DNA of 64,000 nucleotides, from NCBI RefSeq assembly GCF_009914755.1, contig NC_060926.1. One strand, written 5' to 3'. The stretch is from the human T2T-CHM13v2.0 reference genome, Homo sapiens. This document shows positions 56,051-64,000 of this stretch, piece by piece (within the stretch, counting starts at the first letter, position 1; the number at the start of each line of letters is the position of its first letter). The notes beneath the pieces are model-generated. The model made no database searches, had not been told where the DNA came from, and worked only from the letters and a program-made list of their open reading frames with translations. A program made the translations under genes and the position numbers.

Positions 56051-57046
56051 GTAGGAGTGCTTTGAATTTTCTGGAAAATAAGCCTCTCTTAGTTACGAGC
56101 ATTGCAGACACTGCATCCCAGTTTGTCCCTTGCCCTCATGGGCTTTTAAAATCAAATCAGGCACAATTCTGAATTTTTCTGTCCCGGGAGGATAATTTGC
56201 AGAATTACACTTTTGCGGCATTCCTAGTCCTGGCCTGTGTGTCCTGGTCTTTGGGTCATGGACTGGTGCCTGTGGACTCGGCCCCTGTTTATCGCTCTTG
56301 CTTGATGCTGCCTTCCTGAGGTGGAGACTGCTGGGCTCTGTTCCCGTCTGTGGCTCACCCTCTAGTCTGGGAGTGCTTTCCTGTTCAGATAGCTCATTCC
56401 AACCTCTTAGTCACTTTGGAGAGCCTCGTTCAGTGAGTCAGCACGGGACCTGGAGCTCGGGGACCCCTCACAGCCAGGCCAGTGCACACTTGGAATCTGC
56501 AGTTTGTCTTAGGCCCCTGAAGGTGATTGCTTGACCGCAGAGGAATGCACGGGTCTGGGGAGAATTTGCCCAGCGTGTTTAGAAGGAATGCATTCCTGGA
56601 GAAAGTTAAAATTAGAAAAAGCTGCTACATTTCCTGCCATTCAGTCGCAGTTGGCTGGTGTTTGTTTGCACAAGGATTCTTTGGTAACAATCTGTAGTCG
56701 GTTTCTGGCGGAATGTGAGGTGAAGTCACGACTTTCGGGATGGAGGTGAGCGGTTTCCACAGAGATCTTTGTTGTGGGAGTGACTGCTTTGTTTTCCGAG
56801 TTGTTGCAGAATCATACCGGAGTGGAAAAATATTACCGAAACAATCCCTTGTTGATAGTTAGCAAGAAGATTATTTTATTTATTCTAGAAAACAGCTCTT
56901 TAGTGGGAAGCAAATATCGTGGAGCGCATCTCTTTGTAAGCTCGGCTGCCATTTTCCCGTCCCCGCCTCCTTCCTGGGTGGCCACCTCTGATGTCGCCTC
57001 CTGAGGCTGGGCTTTTTGGGAAACTCCCTCTGACTGGCACAGGCAG

Positions 57047-57188
57047 TGGGGTCCAGGTTGAGCAAATACAAATGCAGAATACCCGGGTCCATTTGAATAT
57101 CTGGGGTAATGTACACTAAAACATTATTAGTTGTGCACCTGAAAATTCGATGTAACCGGCTGTTCTGGGTTTTGTCTAGAGACCTCTC
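57047..57188. mobile_element. MER53-like palindromic hAT MITE, centrally deleted
   Basis: agcaaatacaaatgcagaatacccggg...atttgaat / ctgaaaattcgatgtaaccggctgttctgggttttgtctagagacc resemble the two MER53 arms. Confidence 0.7.
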
Positions 57189-58534
57189 CCGGCCCAGCTA
57201 CACTTTGAAGCCCGCTCTGTCCTGGTCTCTGGTGGTGCCTGGGCCTCTCCCAGCTGAGCGGGGCATCGCTGGCACCAGGTGGGCTATTGGCACCAGTGGG
57301 CACACCTGTGGCTTTGCAGGGTTTTGTCCACTTCTGTGTTGGTGCCCTCCTCCTGCTGGTGCTGGGCTGGGGTCGTGTGCCCACTTTATGGAGGCGGAAT
57401 GGAGAGGCCGGAGGGTTACCAGCCTGTCCAGTAGTGTGCAGCTCGTAAATGGAACTCTTAGTCTATAGGTTTCAAAGCCCAGCAGCTGGAGGGCACAGGA
57501 GAAATTAAACCATCTTCTTCCCTGGGGAGCAAAAAAAGATGGTCAGAAACTCACGCACAGGGAGGAAGTGCTGTGGGGCTGAGAGTCTGGGTGGCAGGTG
57601 GGCTATCCCCGAGACCTGGGAACACAGGCTGCGGGGAAGCCTCAGTGTGGGGCTTGAGGGAGAGGCAGTTTTTGCACAGGCAGGGAGGGGACCAAGGAGG
57701 CATTCCCTACTCACAGGGGCAGTGGGCAAATGGGAGGAGGTGGGATATGTATAGGGGAGTTTGAGGGTGGGGCCGCTGACCTGGCTGGAGTGACCAGTGG
57801 ATGCCATGGAGTCTGTCCACGTGGGGTAGGGCAAACTGCAGAGAACCCCGAAATGGGGCAGGGAAGCCTGGCTCCAAGGGAGGAAGAGGCAGGAAGGAGC
57901 AGGGCACCCTGTGCTCTTGAGCCGGGGATAATACAATGATGATGAGGCAATGGGGCTGTAAATTTGGTGGAGAGATGCAGCTGAGACCAGCGGGGAGGTG
58001 GTGGATGGGTGGACCTGAGGCCAAACTGCCGATTACAGGTGCTTGGGAAGCTTCCTTTTCTGTTCAGGCAGCAGGTGCTATTGATGCAGCTGCTGCTGAG
58101 CACTAGTGCAGGCCTAGGGGCTGGGTGGGGATACAGAAGTGAGCAGGACAGGTGGGTTCCTGCCCGCAGGCCATACAGGCCAACTTGCGAAACACCCGGG
58201 TGCCAATTACCCAGGGCACTCCACACAGCCCGTTCAAGGTGCTTCTTGTTTTTGTCCCCAGATTTGTGCTTGAGAAGCTCTGAGTTCCCGTCTGTCCACC
58301 TGCATTGGCATATGGGTACTCTATAAATCATCCATCCATTCAAACATTGGCTGACTGCACCTGCTATGTTCCAGGTTGTTCCTGGTGAACAGGACAAAGT
58401 CCTTGCATTCATGGAGCCTGTTCTGGTGGGAGAAAAAGGAGAGAAGTAAATGACAGATACAAGAATGTCAAGAGCGGTGGACGAGACCAGGGGAGGGAGT
58501 GGGCAGCAATGGTGTGCTTGTGTTTTTGATACGG

Positions 58535-59021
58535 TGTGGTCGGCTGAGTAATCCCTTCCACAAAAAACATATTTCTATCCTAATGCTCAGAACCTGTAGG
58601 TGTTACCTTATTTGGCAAAAGGGACTTTGCAGGTGTGATTCATTGAAGGCTCTTGAGATGGTGAGATACCCTGGATTACCCAGATGGACCCTAAATGTTA
58701 TCACGGGTCTTTTAAGAGGGAAATGGAGATCTTACCACAGCAGGAGGCCCTGGAATGGTGGGAGCAGAGACTGGAGTCCCGAGCTTTGAAGATGGAGGAG
58801 GGGCCCTGAGCCAGGAATCCAGGCAGCCACGGGATGCAGGAAAGGGCAGGGCCACAGAAGCAGCTCAACCCCTCGGAGCCTCCAGAAGGCACTGGCCCTG
58901 TCGTCAGCCCAGTGGGCCTGGTTTCAGATTTCCAGCCTCCAGAACTGTTGGAGAGTCAATGTGTGTTTTAAGCCACTAAGTTTGTGGTAGTTTGTTACAA
59001 CATCGATAGGAAAGTCACGCA
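58535..59021 (+). mobile_element. MLT1D-like solo LTR inside an L2 remnant
   Basis: gttaccttatttggcaaaagggactttgcaggtgtgatt...cctccagaactg...ttttaagccactaagtttgtggtagtttgttaca. Confidence 0.9.
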
Positions 59022-59214
59022 GGGTTCTGCGGCTTTGAGGGAGTTACGTTTGAGCAGAGCCATCTGAGGTTGGGGCTGGGCTTCCCTGCTGACACGTGGG
59101 CTGGGGCCACAGAGCCTGAACCAGGATCCAGGCCTAGCTAAGGGTCAGGAATCCCTGCTCTGGCAGTTGTCCTCAGCCTGGAAGTGACCCACAGGGCATA
59201 TACACGTGTATGAG

Positions 59215-59528
59215 TTTTCGTTTGTTTGTTTGTTTGGTGCGGGGCAGGGTCTCATTCTGTCTCCAGGCTGGAGTGCAGTGGTGCAATCATGGCTCACTGC
59301 AACCTCGACCTCTGGGCTCAAGTGATCCTCCCACCCCAGCCTCCTGAGTAGCTGGGACTGCAGGCACACATCACCATGCCTGGCTAATTTTTTTTTTTTT
59401 AACTTTTTGTAGAGACGAAGTCTTGCTGTATTGCCCGGGCTGGTCTCAAACTCCTGGGCTCAAGCAGTCCCCCTGCTTTGGCTGTCCAAGGTGTAGAAAT
59501 TACAGGCATGAGCCACTAAGCCCTGTCC
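59215..59528 (-). mobile_element. AluJ
   Basis: J diagnostics, (TTTG)n tail. Confidence 0.94.
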
Positions 59529-59778
59529 TTTTCAGTGTAAAAATGTCAGATAAGGAATCAATCCCCTTTGCTGAGTATAAGTGTATCTTATTAACAGAAG
59601 AAAATATTTGCTTGGCTTTCTAAATTGGGAATTTCTAACAATCCGTAACAGCCCACTGGCTTTGACCAGAACCGACTGAGTGCTCAGGACCAGAACCGAC
59701 CGAGTCCTCAGTTACATCACTCAGCTGAGTGCCTGTGTCGTGGACAGAAAACCCAGTGGTCTAGCACCATTTACCATC

Positions 59779-60080
59779 TGTCCTGGTTTACAACCCCTGA
59801 AAGCAGAGCCTGAGACAAGGACTTGGGTGCTGATGTTTTCGGGGAGATGACTGGTCCCAGCAGTCCATCCAAATAGAAGAGGGTGAGAAGAGGGAAGAGG
59901 AAAAGCTAATCGGGGGTCAGCTACTGAGCTAGTGGCCACTGTTAACCAACTATTAGGGCTCCATCATGCTGGAGACGCATTTGAGGAGCCATGAGACTAT
60001 GCCCTAGAATTGTCTTTCTGGAGGCCAGGAGGCGGGGGCGTCGACCCCAGGGCAGCCCTGGGGGCTATATGTCTGCAGCG
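59779..60080. mobile_element. LTR33-like ERVL LTR remnant
   Basis: aagcagagcctgagacaaggacttgggtgc...gggaagaggaaaagctaat...gctagtggccactgt. Confidence 0.55.
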
Positions 60081-60452
60081 CATCCTCCATCCTGCAGGCT
60101 GACCCGGGCTTGGGGCTGTGGTGTGCTGGGATAGCGGAGCACCTGCAGATCACACCCCCTATTTGGAGAATATCTTGACAGCGCAGCAACAGAGTAGTGA
60201 GTGTACAAAGATCTACTATAGCTGGCCTTCACTTCCACGAAGTCCTCACTTTGTGGCTGTCCCCTGGGAGTCATAAGAAAGGCACATAGTTTAGCTCCAT
60301 CCACCAAGATTTGAGTCACCTGCCAACATCTGCCTTAATGACTTCACAGACAGTCAGTGTGGCGGAAGCTGTTTAGAAGAATATGGGAGAAAGTCAAAAG
60401 TGTGCGTGAATGAAGGGGAATGAAGTGGGAAAACGCATCTCACCTGCACACA

Positions 60453-60680
60453 CATTTTTGACTCTTGTGCACAAGCATTTTTGACCCTCTGTGCACAGCT
60501 GTTTTTGACACTTGTGCATAAGCATTTTAGACCCAATGCACACAGTCGTTTTTCACTCTCTGTGCACAGGTGTTTTTGACCTTCTGTGTGCAGGCATTTT
60601 GACTCTCCGCGCACAGGTATTTTTGACCCTCTGCGCACAGATATTTTTGACCCTCTGCGCACAGGTGTTTTGACTGTCTG
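60453..60680. repeat. Minisatellite A, ~9.5 copies of a 23-24 bp unit (consensus YRTTTTTGACCCTCTGYGCACAGG)
   Basis: Units aligned by eye. Confidence 0.95.
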
Positions 60681-60704
60681 TTTGTAGCATCCTCCCTTGA
60701 TGTA

Positions 60705-61198
60705 TGTTCGGGTGAAGCAGCCCTCGATGCACACCTATGAGCTCAGGGACTGTGCGCAGGTGAACCAGCCTGTGACACACGCCTACGAGCTCAAGGAGCA
60801 CGGTGCAGGTGAACCAGCCTGTGACACACGCCTACGAGCTCAAGGAGCATGATGCAGGTGAACCAGCCCTGGATACACGCCTATGAGCTCAGGGTCCATG
60901 TGCAGGTGAACCAGCCCTCGACACACACCTACGAGAACAGGGACCATGTGCAGGTGAACCAGCCCTTGATATACATCTATGAGCGCAGAGACCACAGTGC
61001 AGGTGAACCAGCCTCTGACACTCATCTACGAGAATAGGGTCCACGTGCAGGTGTACCAGCCCTTGATATACACCTATGAGCTCAGGGTCCATGTGCAGGT
61101 GAACCAGCCCTTGACACAAACCTATGAGCTCAGGGTCCATGTGCAGGTGAACCAGCCCTCCACTCACACCTATGAGCACAGAGACCATGGTGCAGGCG
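60705..61198. repeat. Minisatellite B, ~10 copies of a 48-49 bp unit (GTGCAGGTGAACCAGCCCTTGACACACACCTATGAGCTCAGGGTCCAT)
   Basis: CAGGTG recurs at 60757, 60806, 60855, 60903, 60951, 61000, 61048, 61096 and 61144. Confidence 0.97.
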
Positions 61199-61639
61199 TT
61201 ATCTCTCTTATTCATGAGGAGGCCCAGTCATTCCCTCCCTACCCTGAGTTGAGGAGGAAGGATAAGACTTAACTGTGGTCCCAGCATTTAGTGGCAGAGC
61301 CAGGATTTGAGTCCATATTTAAATAAGGTCCAAGTCTTCAACATACTGATGTTTCCCAGATATTTTCAGCCTCCTAAAGGTTTATTAGGGGGACAAAACT
61401 CTTTCAAGACTCCGTCACAAACATTCGTAGTCTGATTCAGGCAGGAATGTTAACTTCTACTTTCAAAGACTTGTGATTTTATAACCTGCCATGGGAAAAG
61501 GAAATGCAGGATTGGAGCCTGGTCTGGAATCTTACACCCTCACTTGTCCACGTCCTGTCTTACTGCAGCCTGTGTGGTCTTGGGATTGTTCTGTTTGTGT
61601 TTGTCGTTACTCTGCATATCATGGCTGGTGGCTTTGGGT

Positions 61640-61800
61640 TAGGATCCCAGCTTTTCACTTCCTGATCTCGGGTGAGTCTTTGAAACCTGGTCAGCCTCAG
61701 TTCTCTTATCTGCTAAATGATGGCATGATGATACCTGTCTGGCCTACCTCATAGGGTTGTGAAAAGCGACCGAGAGGCCAGATGGGAAAGTATGTTATCA
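61640..61800 (+). mobile_element. MIR
   Basis: agcctcagttctcttatctgctaaatg...cctacctcatagggttgtga. Confidence 0.75.
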
Positions 61801-61823
61801 ACTAGGATACATTATGCTAATGA

Positions 61824-62090
61824 TTTTATTTTTTTTTTTTTTGATGAAGTTTCACTCTTGTTGTCCAGGCTGGAGTGCAATGGCTCAATCTTGGCTTGCT
61901 GCAACCTCAGCCCCCCAAGTAGCTGGGATTACAGGCATGTGCCTCCATGCCCGGCTAATTTTTTGTATTTAGTAGAGATGAGGTTTCACCATGTTGGTCA
62001 GGCTGGTCTCTAACTCCTGACCTCAAGGGATCCACCCGTCTTGGCCTCCCAAATTGCTTGGATTACAGGCATGAGCCACCCCGCCCGGCC
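61824..62090 (-). mobile_element. AluS (Sp/Sq-like) with an internal microhomology deletion
   Basis: gcaacctc/agcccccc junction; TSD tgctaatg(a/g)tttt. Confidence 0.93.
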
Positions 62091-62107
62091 TGCTAATGGT
62101 TTTCAGA

Positions 62108-62270
62108 GGCAGCATCAACATCAGCTGGGAGCATGTTAGAAATGCACATTCTCAGGCCCACCCCAGACCTACAGAATCAGAAACTGAGCGTTGTTGGGCC
62201 CAGCAACCTGTGTTGTAATCAGCCCTCCAGGTAATTCCAGTGAATGCTGGCGTTTGAGAACTACTGCCTT
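62108..62270 (+). mobile_element. MER5A
   Basis: cagcatcaacatcagctgggagcatgttagaaatgca...cccagacctacagaatcagaaact...gtttgagaactactg. Confidence 0.88.
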
Positions 62271-63060
62271 AGTCACAGAATTTCACGGGTGTTGTATGCA
62301 ATTTCTACTATGTATTTGGCACTCAGTGTCTGGTATATTTCAAAGAAAAAAAAAAAAGACAGGGTCCCTGCCCTCAACATGGTCTACAGGCTGGAAGAAA
62401 AATTAAAGCAAGAGAAACCCACATGAACTTGATGTACGTTAGAGCCCCATGTTACAGTTGAGGAAAACGAGGCCCAGGAAAGATGAGTCATTTAGCAAAG
62501 GTCGTGGAGCTGGTGTGAGAAACGTGAACCCACACGTTTGACTTATGACAATCTCCAGACCCTTCATTCCCCAGGCCGCCTCCCCCCAACATGGGCGGCT
62601 CATGGTGTCCCCCCACTTATTCATGCGAGAGAGTTCCGAGGTCAGAATCAAAGCCTAGGACGCCTTCCTTGAGACACTCTCCTTGGCTTGCTTTTAGGTG
62701 GTGATTTTCGAAACCTTGGATTAAAACCTTCACCCCCCACAGCCACAGTAGAGTCCAGAATGATGAACTAGATCTTGTGAGGCTCCAGAATTGATTGGGC
62801 AGTGAGTTGAAAAAGTCAAAGTCTAGAAGAATCATTAAAAATACAAGGAAAAGCCGAGTGTGCATGGGTCTTCCAGTCTTTCTGTTGGGTGCAGGTCTTT
62901 TCTGAGTGTGGGTTTGGCCATGGTGTCTCCTGTGTAACCCACATGCATGATGACATCATTGATTTCCAGTCCAAGATGGCGCCATGACACAGGGACACTG
63001 GTGAAGCCATCCATGCCCAGAGTTCTCCTAGAGTTGACTGCATTTTCCTCAGGTGTTTAA

Positions 63061-63377
<317 letters not shown>

Positions 63378-64000
63378 CGCCAGCCACGTTTTTAAGTGAT
63401 TCACCTTTAGCGAGTCTTTCTGAAACATTTCACTTGAATTGCCAAGGGAGCTGCCCTTGTCTCACCCCTGGCCATCAGTTTATGTAGTAATTAAATATGT
63501 AAAATTTCCACAACAAGGACCCCAGCTCCAGCCAGGGGAGCAGAGCCCAAAGGGGAATGAGAAAGTAGTCTTCCGGCCACACAGGTGTAGTGGGCCCTGT
63601 GTCTCATTGTCCTCCCGTCTTCACACTCAAAGGCAGGGGGCCTCCGCCTCCTCCACCGCCCTGCCAGGGAGGGAGGGCGTTCAGAGAAGGCAGCCACTCG
63701 GTGCTGCGCGGGTGCCAGGAGGAGCTCACGGTGTGTAGGGGGGACGCATGAACAGGTGAACAAAGCCGTTGCGGGTGCTGGGTGGGTGGTTGTCTCAACG
63801 CCCCTCCTCCATTTTTATGCTTAGTATTCATTCTAGGTTTAACACAGGAGAGAGGAAGGTTATATCCCATTCCGTATCACATTCTCTGTAAAATTGGAAA
63901 TTTTATGTAATTACAGGAAGGGTAAGTGAAGCAGTTCTGTGTTCTGCATAAGAAAATGTAACATCCATCAGGTGAGATTTCAGGCCCTCTCACTTGGCTG

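Larger units (their letters stand above)
54200..56140 (-). mobile_element. Old L1M(E) 3' fragment hosting three nested insertions
   Basis: catggaatcatgcagtat...agcattatgttcttgaggttcatctgtgttg...ctgatgggtgtgagatggtatct continue across the inserts. Confidence 0.65.

Noticed and set aside
60705-61198. CRISPR-like look (constant core plus variable segment) and repetitive ORFs of VQVNQP units
   Set aside because: The variable segments are homologous to each other, so this is a tandem minisatellite; the context is eukaryotic with no cas genes; 49-bp units break the frame

Overview
Primate (most likely human) genomic DNA, repeat-rich and with no credible protein-coding exon. The main landmark is a ~1.8 kb CpG island (~26.3-28.1 kb) with clustered GC boxes and a short + strand first exon (~27072-27225, donor CAG|gtaggc). 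From memory of the mRNA 5' end I tentatively read it as the non-coding exon 1 of SH3BP4; BLAT is needed to confirm this. If so, 1-27 kb is upstream sequence and 27.2-64 kb is intron 1. I count 31 Alus (26 on the minus strand), several L1/L2/MIR fragments, MaLR/ERVL LTRs, DNA-transposon MITEs (MER81, MER63, MER5, MER44, MER53), microsatellites and two adjacent minisatellites at 60.45-61.2 kb. The supplied ORFs are best explained by Alu, GC-rich or low-complexity sequence. I see no evidence of a new protein-coding system. The best leads are regulatory or mutational: an alternative splice donor that could remove an upstream ATG from exon 1, twin minisatellites carrying MRE and ZEB/SNAI E-box arrays, a 92-bp duplication that doubles a splice acceptor, hairpin-templated scars in an Alu, and a zero-spacer inverted Alu junction. 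Repeat subfamily calls and boundaries are by eye and approximate.
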